Source of the DNA: an uncultured Actinomycetota bacterium
Lineage (GTDB): Bacteria > Actinomycetota > Actinomycetes > JAHEKZ01
Direction of reading: 5' to 3'
Length of the DNA: 64,000 bases
NCBI GenBank assembly: GCA_963718235.1
Contig: CAVQYR010000001.1
Coordinates: 1,152,001-1,216,000, forward strand
Shown here: positions 49,220-60,636 of the stretch, piece after piece
How the letters are laid out: every line of letters starts with the position of its first letter
Numbering within the stretch: the first letter of the stretch is position 1
Position numbers and translations under genes: made by a program
The notes under the pieces: model-generated
Database searches by the model: none
The model's input: only the letters and a program-made list of their open reading frames with translations
Told to the model about the DNA's origin: nothing

Positions 49220-50617
49220 ATGCCGATCCACTACGTCGGACGCACCGAGCCCCAGCGTGACTCGGTGTCGGTCAACCCCCTGTTCGCCCAACCGGGTGAG
49301 ACCGCGGTTCCGCGCAACCGGATGCCAGACCACGAGATGCCCCCGGACACCGCGTACCAGATCGTGCACGACGAGGCGATGCTCGACGGGAACGCCCGGC
49401 TGAACCTGGCGACGTTCGTGAGCACCTGGATGGAGCCGCAGGCGGCGCAGCTGTACTCAGAGACGTACGACAAGAACATGATCGACAAGGACGAGTACCC
49501 GCAGACGGCGCAGATCGAGGAGCGCTGCGTACGAATGCTCGCCGACCTGTGGCACGCCCCCGGGGAGACTGTGGGCACCTCAGCGATCGGTTCGTCCGAG
49601 GCGTGCATGCTGGCCGGGCTCGCGTTCAAGCGCAGGTGGCGCAACCGTCGCCTCGCGGAGGGGAAGTCGGTCGACAAGCCGAACCTGATCATGAGCTCGG
49701 CCGTGCAGGTCGTCTGGGAGAAGTTCTGCAACTACTGGGACGTCGAGCCGGTCTACGTGCCCGTGACGCTCGACAACCCGGGGCTCACCCCGGAGACGTT
49801 GCTCCCGTACGTCAACGAGAACACGATCGGGGTCGTCGCGATCCTTGGTGTTACGTACACGGGGGCCTACGAGCCGGTCAAGGAGATCGCCGCAGCGCTC
49901 GACGACCTGCAGGCCCGGACCGGTCTCGACGTCCCGCTTCACGTCGACGGCGCCAGCGGCGCGATGATCGCGCCCTTCCTGCAGCCTGACCTGGAGTGGG
50001 ACTTCCGGCTCGAGCGGGTCCACTCGATCAACACGTCGGGGCACAAGTACGGGCTGGTCTACCCGGGGCTGGGCTGGGTCGTGTGGCGCAGCCGGCAGTA
50101 CCTGCCCGACGACCTCGTCTTCCACGTCTCCTACCTCGGTGGCGACATGCCGACCCTGGCGATCAACTTCTCCCGCCCGGGCGCCCAGGTGCTGCTGCAG
50201 TACTACAACTTCCTGCGGTTGGGGCGCGGCGGCTACTACCGGGTCCAGAAGGCCTGCCAGGACGTCGCCGTCCACATCTCCTCCGCGGTGGCGGCCATGG
50301 AGCCGTTCGAGCTGCTCACCGACGGGACCGACATCCCGGTCTTCGCCTGGCGGCTGAACGACGAGTACACGACCAAGTGGGACCTGTCGGACCTGTCCGA
50401 GCGGCTTCGTCACCACGGCTGGCAGGTGCCGTCCTACCCGATGCCGGCCGACATCGAGGACGTGACGGTGATGCGAGTGGTGGTCCGCAACGGCCTGTCG
50501 ATGGACCTCGCCCAGCTGTTCATCCACGACCTCCAGCGCTCGGTGGAGTACCTCGACGGGCTCAGCGGCCCACTGCCCAAGGAGATCGGCAAGACCGCGA
50601 GTGGGTTCCACCACTGA
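49220..50617 (+). CDS. gadB: Glutamate decarboxylase
   Basis: LNLATF, KNMIDKDEYP, GSSEACML, HVDGASG, SGHKYG PLP lysine. Confidence 0.93.
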   Translation: MPIHYVGRTEPQRDSVSVNPLFAQPGETAVPRNRMPDHEMPPDTAYQIVHDEAMLDGNARLNLATFVSTWMEPQAAQLYSETYDKNMIDKDEYPQTAQIEERCVRMLADLWHAPGETVGTSAIGSSEACMLAGLAFKRRWRNRRLAEGKSVDKPNLIMSSAVQVVWEKFCNYWDVEPVYVPVTLDNPGLTPETLLPYVNENTIGVVAILGVTYTGAYEPVKEIAAALDDLQARTGLDVPLHVDGASGAMIAPFLQPDLEWDFRLERVHSINTSGHKYGLVYPGLGWVVWRSRQYLPDDLVFHVSYLGGDMPTLAINFSRPGAQVLLQYYNFLRLGRGGYYRVQKACQDVAVHISSAVAAMEPFELLTDGTDIPVFAWRLNDEYTTKWDLSDLSERLRHHGWQVPSYPMPADIEDVTVMRVVVRNGLSMDLAQLFIHDLQRSVEYLDGLSGPLPKEIGKTASGFHH

Positions 50618-50619
50618 CC

Positions 50620-50988
50620 ATGCGCACCCTTGCCGCAAGTGTGCTCTTCTTCGAGGCCGTCCTCATGGTGCTCGTGGTGCCCGTCGTGATCGCCCTGACC
50701 GAAGTCGGTCCGGCCACGGCCGTGGCCAGCGGCGCTGGTGTTCGCCGCCTGTGCCTGGTCACAGCCGGCCTGCTGCGCCACGCCTGGGCCTACGGCGTCG
50801 GCTGGGGGTTGCAGGTGCTGCTCGTCGCAAGCGGGTTCGTCGTCCCGGCGATGTTCCTGCTCGGCGGGATCTTCGCCATTCTCTGGGGTGTCGGCCTGCA
50901 CGTGGGCCGCAAGGGTGAGCAGGTCCGAGCAGCGCGGCTGGCTGCCGCCGGGGGTCCGGTCGACCTCAGGGAGGAGCCGTCCGGCTAG
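50620..50988 (+). CDS. DUF4233 membrane protein
   Basis: [13 protein letters not shown]...GWGLQV; usual position between folC and ndk. Confidence 0.8.
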   Translation: MRTLAASVLFFEAVLMVLVVPVVIALTEVGPATAVASGAGVRRLCLVTAGLLRHAWAYGVGWGLQVLLVASGFVVPAMFLLGGIFAILWGVGLHVGRKGEQVRAARLAAAGGPVDLREEPSG

Positions 50989-51049
50989 GGTGGCGGCCGC
51001 CTCCACGGTCGTTGGGGAGCACTGGTCCACACCCACGAAGGAGCCCACG

Positions 51050-51457
51050 GTGAGCGAGCGCACGCTGGTCCTGGTCAAGCCCGACGGTGTCAGCCGGGGC
51101 CTGGTCGGCGAGGTCCTGGCCCGGATCGAGCGCAAGGGCTACTCCCTGGTCGCGCTGGAGCTGCGCCGGCTCACCGTCGAGGTGGCCACCGAGCACTACG
51201 GCGAGCACCAGGGCAAGCCGTTCTTCGACGACCTCGTGACCTTCATCACGTCGGCGCCCCTGGTGGCTGCGGTCGTCGAGGGGCCCGACGCCATCGAGGC
51301 CTGGCGCACGATGATGGGGGTCACCAACCCGATCAAGAGCGCTCCAGGCACGATCCGGGGGGATTTCGCCTCGGTGATGACCGAGAACCTGGTCCACGGC
51401 TCGGACTCCCCTGAGTCCGCTGCCCGGGAGATCGCGCTGTTCTTCCCGGGTCTCTGA
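51050..51457 (+). CDS. ndk: Nucleoside diphosphate kinase
   Basis: [28 protein letters not shown]. Confidence 0.96.
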   Translation: MSERTLVLVKPDGVSRGLVGEVLARIERKGYSLVALELRRLTVEVATEHYGEHQGKPFFDDLVTFITSAPLVAAVVEGPDAIEAWRTMMGVTNPIKSAPGTIRGDFASVMTENLVHGSDSPESAAREIALFFPGL

Positions 51458-51576
51458 CCCCGTCGGGCCCCCGATGGTGGGGTCCTGAACTGCGATCCAT
51501 GGGTTTCCGGAGAAGGCGGTCTCGCCGTTAGCATGGGCGGTCGGCTTCCCCCGTCGCCCCCGGAAGGCGCTTCTTC

Positions 51577-52605
51577 ATGAGCAACATGTCATTCATCGGC
51601 CGTGACATGGCCGTCGACCTCGGCACCGCCAACACCCTCGTCTACGTCCGCGGCCGCGGTGTCGTGCTGAACGAGCCGTCGGTGGTCGCGATCAACCAGA
51701 ACACCGGTGGGATCCTCGCGGTCGGCTCCGAGGCCAAACGGATGATCGGACGCACGCCCGGCAACATCGTGGCGATCCGCCCGCTGAAGGACGGCGTCAT
51801 CGCCGACTTCGACACCACCGAGCGGATGCTGCGCTACTTCATCCAGAAGGTGCACAAGCGGCGCCACCTGGCCAAGCCGCGCATCGTCGTGTGCGTGCCC
51901 AGCGGCATCACCGGTGTCGAGCAGCGCGCCGTCAAGGATGCCGGCTACGCGGCCGGCGCGCGCAAGGTGTACATCATCGAGGAGCCGATGGCCGCGGCGA
52001 TCGGCGCGGGGCTGCCCGTGCACGAGCCGACCGGGAACATGGTCGTCGACATCGGCGGTGGTACCACTGAGGTCGCCGTGATCTCGCTCGGTGGCATCGT
52101 GACGTCGCAGAGCATCCGGGTCGGTGGCGACGAGCTGGACAACGCCATCATCCAGTACGTGAAGAAGGAGTACTCGCTCATGCTGGGCGAGCGCACCGCT
52201 GAAGACATCAAGATGGCGATCGGCTCGGCGTTCCCGATCCCCGACGAGCCGCACGCAGAGATCCGTGGTCGCGACCTCGTGTCCGGCCTGCCGAAGACGA
52301 TCGTCGTGTCGGCTGAGGAGATCCGCAAGGCACTGGAGGAGCCGGTCAACGCCGTCGTCGACGCGGTCAAGACCACGCTCGACAAGTGCCCCCCTGAGCT
52401 GTCCGGCGACATCATGGACCGTGGCATCGTGCTGACGGGTGGTGGCGCGCTGCTCAAGGGCCTCGACGAGCGGCTGCGCCACGAGACCGGCATGCCGATC
52501 CTGATCGCGGACAACCCGCTGGACTCGGTGGCTCTCGGGTCGGGCAAGTGCGTCGAGGAGTTCGAGTCGCTGCAGCAGGTCCTGATCTCCGAGCCACGCC
52601 ACTGA
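51577..52605 (+). CDS. mreB: Rod shape-determining protein MreB
   Basis: [24 protein letters not shown]. Confidence 0.97.
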   Translation: MSNMSFIGRDMAVDLGTANTLVYVRGRGVVLNEPSVVAINQNTGGILAVGSEAKRMIGRTPGNIVAIRPLKDGVIADFDTTERMLRYFIQKVHKRRHLAKPRIVVCVPSGITGVEQRAVKDAGYAAGARKVYIIEEPMAAAIGAGLPVHEPTGNMVVDIGGGTTEVAVISLGGIVTSQSIRVGGDELDNAIIQYVKKEYSLMLGERTAEDIKMAIGSAFPIPDEPHAEIRGRDLVSGLPKTIVVSAEEIRKALEEPVNAVVDAVKTTLDKCPPELSGDIMDRGIVLTGGGALLKGLDERLRHETGMPILIADNPLDSVALGSGKCVEEFESLQQVLISEPRH

Positions 52606-52660
52606 CGAGGTCGCGCAGCCCCGAGGCCTCCTGGGGGCGCCGCCGTCACCACGCCATCTG

Positions 52661-53593
52661 ATGAGGGACACCCGTCGCACCCGCATCGTGCTGGCTGTTC
52701 TCCTGCTGAGCGCGGTGACGTTCATCGTCTTGGACCTGCGTGGTGGTGAGGGCTCGCTGACCGACCGCATGCGCACGACCGCAGCTGCGGTGTTCGGCCC
52801 CGTCGAGCGGGCCGCAGCGGCGGTCGTGCGGCCGGTGGCCGACTTCGTCGACGGTGTCTCCTCGATCGGGGCCAATGACGACCGGATCGCCGAGCTCGAG
52901 CAGGAGAACGACTCACTGCGGCTCCAGCTGCGCACGACGGAGCTCGACCGCAACCGGGCTCGCGAGCTCGACGCGCTGCTCAACATCGCCGGCCTCGGTC
53001 GCTACCGCGTCGTTCCCGCAGAAGTGATTGCCGTCGGGAGTGACCGTGGGTTCGTGCGGACGGTCACCGTCGACGCCGGTACGCGGGACGGCGTCACCAT
53101 CGACCAGACCGTCCTCAACGGCGACGGCCTCGTCGGTCGGGTCACGAGCGTCGGCCCGAGCACGGCGACGATCCTGCTGCTCAACGACCCGAGCTTCGCT
53201 GTGGGCGCCCGGCTGGCCGAGACGATGGAGATCGGCGCCGTCCGCGGCCAGGGCCGTGACCCGCTGACGCTGGAGGTGCTGAACCCGCAGGCCCAGGTGG
53301 CCGAGGGCGACGCCCTGGTCACGCTGGGCTCGCGGGACGGCCGCCCGTTCGTCCCCGGTGTGCCGATCGGCGAGGTGTTCCAGGTCGAGGCGACCCCGGG
53401 CGCGCTCACCCGGACCGCCCTGGTCCGCGCGTACGTCGACTTCACCACCTTGTCCCTGGTGGGGATCGTCGTGGAGCCGCCCAGGCGCGACCCGCGCGAC
53501 TCGGTGCTCCCGAGCCCACCGGTGTCGCCGACCCCGTCGACGTCCTCGTCGGCCCCGTCGTCACCGTCCTCGACGAGCAGCCCCTCCCCATGA
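52661..53593 (+). CDS. mreC: Rod shape-determining protein MreC
   Basis: TM helix, coiled coil, GLVGRV; operon position. Confidence 0.93.
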   Translation: MRDTRRTRIVLAVLLLSAVTFIVLDLRGGEGSLTDRMRTTAAAVFGPVERAAAAVVRPVADFVDGVSSIGANDDRIAELEQENDSLRLQLRTTELDRNRARELDALLNIAGLGRYRVVPAEVIAVGSDRGFVRTVTVDAGTRDGVTIDQTVLNGDGLVGRVTSVGPSTATILLLNDPSFAVGARLAETMEIGAVRGQGRDPLTLEVLNPQAQVAEGDALVTLGSRDGRPFVPGVPIGEVFQVEATPGALTRTALVRAYVDFTTLSLVGIVVEPPRRDPRDSVLPSPPVSPTPSTSSSAPSSPSSTSSPSP

Positions 53594-53612
53594 GCGCGAG
53601 CGTGGCCTCCCG

Positions 53613-54125
53613 ATGATCGTGGCCCGGATCCTGCTGAACACCGCGGTGACCGTGACGGCGGTCCTCGTCCAGCTGACCGTGGTGAACCCGCTGAACCTGC
53701 CGGGAGGTGGTCCTGACCTGGCGCTGCTCGCGCTGCTGGGGCTCGCCCTGGTCCAGGGGCCGGTCTCGGGTGCGGTCACCGGCTTCCTCGTGGGACTCCT
53801 GCTCGACGCCGCGCCGCCGGCCGACGGTCAGATCGGTCAGTGGGCTCTCGTCCTGTGCCTGGTGGGATATGTCACAGGCCTGGTCGGTCCGGACGTCCGC
53901 GACTCGGCGCTGAGGGTGGTCGCGCTGGTCGCGGGTCTCAGCGCGCTGGAGGTCCTGGGGTACGCCGCGATCGGCCTGATGTTCGGGGCGCCGGGGGTCA
54001 GTGGTCCCGCTGTGCTGAGCGCCACCCTCGGAACGGTTGGCTACGATGTCCTCCTGGCTCCCTTCGTCGTCCCTGCTGTGATGGCCCTGGCCCGACGGGT
54101 CGAGCCGGCCCCGCTTCGGGTCTGA
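53613..54125 (+). CDS. mreD: Rod shape-determining protein MreD
   Basis: Hydrophobic, PDLALL, GFLVGLLLD. Confidence 0.9.
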   Translation: MIVARILLNTAVTVTAVLVQLTVVNPLNLPGGGPDLALLALLGLALVQGPVSGAVTGFLVGLLLDAAPPADGQIGQWALVLCLVGYVTGLVGPDVRDSALRVVALVAGLSALEVLGYAAIGLMFGAPGVSGPAVLSATLGTVGYDVLLAPFVVPAVMALARRVEPAPLRV

Positions 54126-54184
54126 ACGCCGTCGGTGCCGCACTCGCGGCGGGCCGGGAACCATGAGCGGGCGCGAGGCGTCCG

Positions 54185-56442
54185 ATGACTGACCACGACC
54201 GAGGAGCCAGACCTGTGAGCGACCGATCGCGGCTGCGGCTCATCGTGCTGCAGGTGCTGGTCCTGTCGTTGCTGGCGACGCTGTTCGGACGCCTCTGGTA
54301 CATGCAGGTCGTGACCGGTGACGAGTACGCCGCCCAGGCCGCCGACAACCGGATCCGAGAGGTCGTCACTCCGGCCGTCCGGGGCGCCATCCTCGACGAC
54401 CAGGGGCGCCCGCTGGTCCAGAACCGCACGACCCTGGTCGTCTCGGTCGACCGGACGGTGATCCTGGACGAGCCCAACGACGGCGTTGCCGTCGTTCGTC
54501 GACTCGCACGTCTCCTCGACGAGCCCTACCGGGCGATCGACCGGCAGCTCACCCTGTGCGGGACCGAGGGGGCGCCCGAGCCACCCGTGTGCTGGAACGG
54601 CTCGCCCTACCAGCCGATCCCCGTGGCCGAGGACGCCAACCCAGAGGTCGCACTGCAGATCATCGAGCGCAGCGAGGACTTCCCGGGCGTGACCGCCGAG
54701 CTGCAGGCCATTCGCGACTACCCCAAGCCGTTCGACGTCAACGCCGCGCACCTGCTCGGGTACCTCGGACCGGTCACCGCCGAGGAGCTGGAGGCGGCGC
54801 AGAGCAAGGTCGGGCGCAACGGGGTGACCTTGACCCGCACCGACCTCGTCGGCCGGGCCGGGCTGGAGCAGGAGTACGACAAGTACCTGCGCGGGCGACC
54901 CGGGATCAAGCAGCTCTCGGTCGACCACGCGGGCACCGTGGTGGGCACCCTCGCCGATGACCCGCCCGTGGCGGGTGACTACCTCGTCACCAGCATCGAC
55001 GCGCAGGTGCAGAAGGTGGTCGAGGAGCAGCTCCAGGCGGCGATCAGCCGGGCTCACACCCAGGTCGACCCCGACGGCTTTCCCTACCGGGCGAGCACCG
55101 GCGCGGCCGTCGTCATGGAGGTCGACACCGGCCGAGTGGTCGCCATGGCCAGCTACCCCGACTACGACCCCAAGGTCTGGGTCGGGGGGATCTCCAACCA
55201 GCAGTACAAGCGCCTCGCCAGCGAGAAGGCCGACTACCCCTTGATCAACCGGGCGATCCAGGGGCAGTTCGCCCCGGCGTCCACGTTCAAGGTCGTGACC
55301 ACGGCCGCGGCCGCGGCAGCAGGCTACTCGCTGAACGGGACCTACCCCTGTCCGAGCTACCTCACCGTCGCGGGCCGGGACTTCTCGAACTACGAGTCGT
55401 CGTCGTACGGCGACATCAGCCTGCAGCGCGCGATCGAGGTCTCCTGCGACACGGTGTTCTACAAGATCGCCTACGAGATGTGGCTGCGCGAGGGCGGGTA
55501 CGACGCCGAGCCCGAGGCCACGCAGTACCAGTCGGAGACCGCCAAGGCGTTCGGTTTCGGCTCGCCGACCGGCGTCGACCTGCCGGGTGAGGCGTCCGGG
55601 CGCGTGGCCGACCGCGCGTGGCGCAAGGAGTACTACCTCGCGAACAAGGACTACTACTGCAACTTCGACAAGCGAGCCCCTGCCGACGACCGGGACAGCG
55701 CGTACCTGCAGCAGTTCGCCAAGGAGTTCTGCGCCGACGGCGACGAGTACCGCGCAGGTGACGCCGTGCTGTCGGCGATCGGCCAGGGCGACATGCTCAC
55801 CACGCCGTTGCAGATCGCCCAGGCCTACGCGGCGATCGCCAACGGGGGAACGATCTACCGGCCCCAGATCGGGAAAGCGGTGATGACCCCGGGTGGCGAG
55901 CTGGTGAAGGAGTTCCAGCCCAAGGTCTCCGGCAAGCTGCCGGCGTCCCCGAGACGATCGCGTTCCTGCAGCAGGCGCTGGCCGGCGTCCCCGTCTACGG
56001 GACCGCGACCTACCCGTTCAGCACCTTCCCTCTGGGGGAGCTGCCGGTCGCGGCGAAGACCGGAACGGGAGAGGTCTACGGCAAGCAGACCACCTCATGG
56101 TTCGCGTCGTACGCGCCCGCCGACGACCCCAAGTTCGTCGTCTTGATGATGGTTCCCGAGGGTGGCACCGGGTCGCTGACGTCGGGTGCCAGCGTCAGGG
56201 CCATCTACGAGGCGCTGTTCGGCGTCAGCGGCCAGTCGATCGACTCGAAGCAGGCGATCCTGCCCGGAGGTGGCCCGGTCGACACCCTGCCGGTGATCGA
56301 GCCGGACGGCACCATCGTGGCTCCGAAGGACTCCGGGCTGCCCAAGCAGGAGCAGGACCAGTCCTCGCTCCCGGCGACCGGGCCCAGGACCTCGGCGTCC
56401 CCTCGGCGCGGGCACGGGCGAAGACGGCACCACACGTCATGA
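54185..56442 (+). CDS. mrdA: Penicillin-binding protein 2, frameshift near 55950
   Basis: RGAILD, ASTFK, SCD; KTG motif lies in the shifted frame. Confidence 0.9.
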
Positions 56443-57617
56443 CGCTCGGGTACCCCACCACCTACTCCCGGCCCCCGCGGTCGCGGGTGCGCCGAGCCCT
56501 GGGCCGCAGCTCGTGGCTGCGTCGGTTCGACTGGGTGCTGCTCGTGGCGGCCCTGGGACTCAGCGTCGTCGGGACGCTGCTGGTGTACTCGGCAACCCGC
56601 AACGTCGACCCGGGGGGCGACCCCCAGGCCTTCTTGAAGCGGCACCTGCTCAACCTGCTCGTCGGCGTGGGACTCGGCGCGATGACGATGGCGTTCGACT
56701 ACCGGCAGCTGCGGGCGTACGCACCCATCGTCTACATCGGGTCGATCCTCGGGCTCGTCGCGGTGCTGTCGCCGCTGGGGTCGTCGGTGAACGGCGCGCA
56801 CGCCTGGATCCTGTTGCCGGGTGGGTTCTCCGTGCAGCCTTCGGAGTTCGCCAAGGTGGCCCTCGTCGTCGGCCTGGCCATGCTGCTGGCCGAGCGGCGC
56901 GACGCCCAGACCGAGCCACAGGGTCGAGACGTGCTCGTCGCCCTCGTGATCGCGGCCGTCCCGATCGGTCTGGTCATGCTTCAGCCCGACCTCGGCACGG
57001 CGGTCGTCCTGGGCATGATCGTGCTCGGGATCCTGGCGGTGGCCGGTACTCGTACCACGTGGCTGGTCGGCCTGCTCCTGGCCGGTGGACTCGCTGCGTT
57101 CGCCGCCGTGAAGGTGGGAGTGCTCGACCAGTACCAGATCGACCGCCTGCTCGCGTTCACCAACCCCGACTACGACCCGCAGGGCGTCGGCTACAACACC
57201 AACCAGGCCCGGATCACCCTCGGCAGCGGTGGGCTGCTCGGGGTCGGCCTGTTCCAGGGCACCCAGACCAGCGGCAACTTCGTGCCCGAGCAGCAGACCG
57301 ACTTCATCTTCACCGTGGTCGGCGAGGAGCTGGGCTTCGTGGGCTCGGCGCTGATCATCGTGCTGTTCGGGATCCTGCTGTGGCGGGCCCTGCGGATCGC
57401 GATGCGGGCCGAGGACCTGTTCGGCACGCTGGTCGCGACCGGCGTCGTGTGCTGGTTCACCTTCCAGATGTTCGAGAACATCGGCATGGTCGTGGGGATC
57501 ATGCCGGTGACCGGCGTCCCGCTGCCGTTCGTGTCCTACGGGGGGTCCAGCATGTTCGCGAACTGGATGGCGCTGGGCCTGCTGGAGAACGTCCACCTCC
57601 GCCGCGCCATCCGCTGA
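56439..57617 (+). CDS. rodA: Rod shape-determining protein RodA
   Basis: QPSEFAK, QPDLGT, PEQQTDFIF, PFVSYGGSS. Confidence 0.94.
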   Translation: MTLGYPTTYSRPPRSRVRRALGRSSWLRRFDWVLLVAALGLSVVGTLLVYSATRNVDPGGDPQAFLKRHLLNLLVGVGLGAMTMAFDYRQLRAYAPIVYIGSILGLVAVLSPLGSSVNGAHAWILLPGGFSVQPSEFAKVALVVGLAMLLAERRDAQTEPQGRDVLVALVIAAVPIGLVMLQPDLGTAVVLGMIVLGILAVAGTRTTWLVGLLLAGGLAAFAAVKVGVLDQYQIDRLLAFTNPDYDPQGVGYNTNQARITLGSGGLLGVGLFQGTQTSGNFVPEQQTDFIFTVVGEELGFVGSALIIVLFGILLWRALRIAMRAEDLFGTLVATGVVCWFTFQMFENIGMVVGIMPVTGVPLPFVSYGGSSMFANWMALGLLENVHLRRAIR

Positions 57618-57711
57618 CCCCACCCCCCAAGTTGATCTTGGACTTGATCTGCCAGTTCGACGTCCTGGGTGCTCATCTTCTGCTTGATCAACTTGGGGAG
57701 GGGGTGGGGGT
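57617..57711. repeat. Intergenic inverted-repeat element (REP/MITE-like or terminator)
   Basis: CCCCAAGTTGATC ... GATCAACTTGGGG arms with extended C/G flanks around a ~48-nt spacer. Confidence 0.7.
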
Positions 57712-57794
57712 CCGGCTGGTCCTTAGGATGTGAGTGTCCAGATATGAGCTGCAGGGTGTGGGCATCAGTGCGTCCGTCGGTCAGAGGGGATCTC

Positions 57795-59738
57795 GTGGAG
57801 TCCGTGTTCGACCGGCTGGAGCCGCTTCTGCCCCGGGTGCAAAAGCCCATCCAGTACGTCGGCGGCGAGCTGAACGCGACCACCAAGCCGTGGGAGTCCT
57901 GCGACGTCCGGTGGGCCCTGATGTACCCCGACGCCTACGAGGTCGGCGTGCCCAACCAGGGCGTACAGATCCTCTACGAGGTGCTGAACGAGCAGGACGG
58001 CGTCCTGGCCGAGCGCACCTACTCGGTGTGGCCCGACCTCGAGGCCCTCATGCGCGAGCACGGCGTCCCGCAGTTCACCGTCGACAGCCACCGACCGGTT
58101 GCGGCGTTCGACCTGCTGGGGGTCAGCTTCTCCACCGAGCTCGGCTACACCAACCTGCTCACCGCCCTCGACCTCGCAGGGATCCCGCTGGACGCCGCCG
58201 ACCGGGACGGCACGCACCCGATCGTCGTGGCCGGGGGGCACGCGGCCTTCAACCCCGAGCCGATCGCCGGCTTCATCGACGCCGCGGTCCTCGGCGACGG
58301 TGAACAGGCGGTGCTCGACATCACCGCCGTCGTCCGCGAGTGGAAGGCCGCCGGGCGCCCGGGCGGCCGGCCCGAGCTGCTGCTGCGCCTGGCCCGCAGC
58401 GGGGGCGTCTACGTGCCTTCGTTCTACGACGTCGAGTACCTGCCCGACGGACGCATCAAGCGGGTCGTGCCGAACGTGCCCGGCGTTCCGTGGCGGGTCA
58501 GCAAGCACACGGTCATGGACCTCGACGAGTGGCCCTACCCCAAGACACCCCTGGTGCCCATGGCCGAGAGCGTGCACGAGCGCGCGAGTGTGGAGATCTT
58601 CCGCGGGTGCACCCGCGGTTGTCGCTTCTGCCAGGCCGGCATGATCACCCGCCCGGTGCGCGAGCGCAGCATCACCGGGATCGGCGAGATGGTCGAGCAG
58701 TCGTTGCAGACGACCGGCTTCGAGGAGGTCGGGCTGCTCAGCCTGTCCAGTGCCGACCACAGCGAGATCGCCGACGTCGCCAAGGGCCTGGCCGACCGCT
58801 ACGAGGGCACCAACACCTCGCTGTCGCTGCCGAGTACGCGCGTCGATGCCTTCAACATCGACCTCGCCAACGAGCTGACCCGCAACGGACGCCGGTCCGG
58901 ACTGACGTTCGCCCCCGAAGGTGGCAGCGAACGCATCCGCAAGGTCATCAACAAGATGGTCACCGAAGAGGACCTCATCCGCACCGTCGCCACGGCGTAC
59001 GGCAACGGCTGGCGTCAGGTGAAGCTCTACTTCATGTGTGGGCTGCCCACCGAGACCGACGACGACGTCCTGCAGATCGCCGAGCTGGCGAGCAAGGTGA
59101 TCGCCACTGGTCGCAGCGTCGCGGGGCGCAACGACATCCGGTGCACGGTGTCGATCGGTGGTTTCGTGCCCAAGCCGCACACCCCGTTCCAGTGGTGCGC
59201 CCAGCTCGACCACGAGGCGACCGATGCCCGGCTGGCCAAGCTGCGCGACGCGATTCGCGCCGACAAGCGCTACGGCCGGTCGATCGGCTTTCGCTACCAC
59301 GACGGCAGGCCGGGCATCGTCGAGGGCCTGCTCTCCCGCGGTGACCGGCGGGTCGGCGAGGTCATCCGACAGGTGTGGCTGGCCGGCGGTCGCTTCGACG
59401 GGTGGAGCGAGCACTTCTCGTTCGACCGGTGGATGCAGGCGGCTGACCTGGCGTTCGCCGGGGCCGGCGTTGACGTCGACTGGTACACCACCCGCGAGCG
59501 TGAGTACGCCGAGGTGCTGCCGTGGGACCACCTGGACAGCGGGCTCGACAAGGACTGGCTGTGGGAGGACTGGCAGGACTCCCTCAACGGGGTCGAGGTC
59601 GAAGACTGTCGATGGACGCCGTGCTTCGACTGCGGGGTGTGCCCCCAGCTGGACACCCAGATCCAGGTCGGACCCACCGGCCAGAAGCTGCTGCCGGTCA
59701 CGGTCGTCGGTGCCGCGGGCGCCCGGCTGAGCGGCTGA
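57795..59738 (+). CDS. TIGR03960-family B12-binding radical SAM protein
   Basis: KPIQYVGGELN, YPDAYEVG, CTRGCRFC. Confidence 0.92.
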   Translation: MESVFDRLEPLLPRVQKPIQYVGGELNATTKPWESCDVRWALMYPDAYEVGVPNQGVQILYEVLNEQDGVLAERTYSVWPDLEALMREHGVPQFTVDSHRPVAAFDLLGVSFSTELGYTNLLTALDLAGIPLDAADRDGTHPIVVAGGHAAFNPEPIAGFIDAAVLGDGEQAVLDITAVVREWKAAGRPGGRPELLLRLARSGGVYVPSFYDVEYLPDGRIKRVVPNVPGVPWRVSKHTVMDLDEWPYPKTPLVPMAESVHERASVEIFRGCTRGCRFCQAGMITRPVRERSITGIGEMVEQSLQTTGFEEVGLLSLSSADHSEIADVAKGLADRYEGTNTSLSLPSTRVDAFNIDLANELTRNGRRSGLTFAPEGGSERIRKVINKMVTEEDLIRTVATAYGNGWRQVKLYFMCGLPTETDDDVLQIAELASKVIATGRSVAGRNDIRCTVSIGGFVPKPHTPFQWCAQLDHEATDARLAKLRDAIRADKRYGRSIGFRYHDGRPGIVEGLLSRGDRRVGEVIRQVWLAGGRFDGWSEHFSFDRWMQAADLAFAGAGVDVDWYTTREREYAEVLPWDHLDSGLDKDWLWEDWQDSLNGVEVEDCRWTPCFDCGVCPQLDTQIQVGPTGQKLLPVTVVGAAGARLSG

Positions 59739-59743
59739 GGGTC

Positions 59744-60508
59744 GTGGCTCGACGTCCACCCGAGCGCGACGTGGCTCCCACCGTGCAGAAGCTGCGGGTG
59801 CGCTACGCCAAGCGGGGTCGCCTGCGCTTCGCCAGCCACCGCGACTTCCAGCGCGCGTTCGAGCGGGCCCTGCGCCGGGCCGGGGTTCCCATGGCCTACA
59901 GCGCCGGCTTCAGCCCGCACCCCAAGGTGTCGTACGCCGGGGCGGCCGCGACCGGGGCGGCCAGCGAGGCGGAGTACCTCGAGATCGGCGTCACGGCCCG
60001 CCTCGACCCGTTGGCTGTCTGCGCCGCCCTGGACGACGCGCTTCCGCCCGGGCTCGACGTGGTCGAGGTCGTCGAGGCCGGCCCGGGGTCGCTGGCCGAC
60101 CGGCTGGAGGCGTCGGACTGGCGGGTCGAGCTGCCCGACCTGGACCCGCGGGCCCTGGAAGCGGCCGTGCCGCCCTTCCTGGCCGCCGACGAGATCGTGG
60201 TCGAGCGGCTGACGAAGTCCGGTATCCGGTCGTTCGATGCTCGCTCTGCGGTGGTTCGACTCGCCGTCGAGGACCCGACGGCCTCAAGCCAGGACCCGGT
60301 CTGTGCGATACTGCGAATGGTCGTTCGGCACCTGACACCCGCTGTTCGACCCGACGACGTGCTCGCCGCCCTCCATGCGGTGGCGGGTCTGACGCCGCCG
60401 ACGCCCCCACGGGTGACCCGGCTGGCGCAGGGCCCGCTGACGAACGTGACGGTGACCGATCCCTTGGTCGCCGACCGCACGAGCGGCTCGGACGCCGTCG
60501 GCCGCTGA
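59744..60508 (+). CDS. TIGR03936-family radical SAM-associated protein
   Basis: YAKRGRLRFASHRD, GFSPHPK. Confidence 0.9.
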   Translation: MARRPPERDVAPTVQKLRVRYAKRGRLRFASHRDFQRAFERALRRAGVPMAYSAGFSPHPKVSYAGAAATGAASEAEYLEIGVTARLDPLAVCAALDDALPPGLDVVEVVEAGPGSLADRLEASDWRVELPDLDPRALEAAVPPFLAADEIVVERLTKSGIRSFDARSAVVRLAVEDPTASSQDPVCAILRMVVRHLTPAVRPDDVLAALHAVAGLTPPTPPRVTRLAQGPLTNVTVTDPLVADRTSGSDAVGR

Positions 60509-60636
60509 CCACGGCACCGCGCGGGCCACGCGCGAGCCCGGTCGCCCGGCACCCTCAGGCTTTGGCTCCTTCGGGAGCCCAGAATCGGCCTCGTCCGCGG
60601 TAACGCCGCCGGCAGGCCCGACGGGAGTAAACCCGG

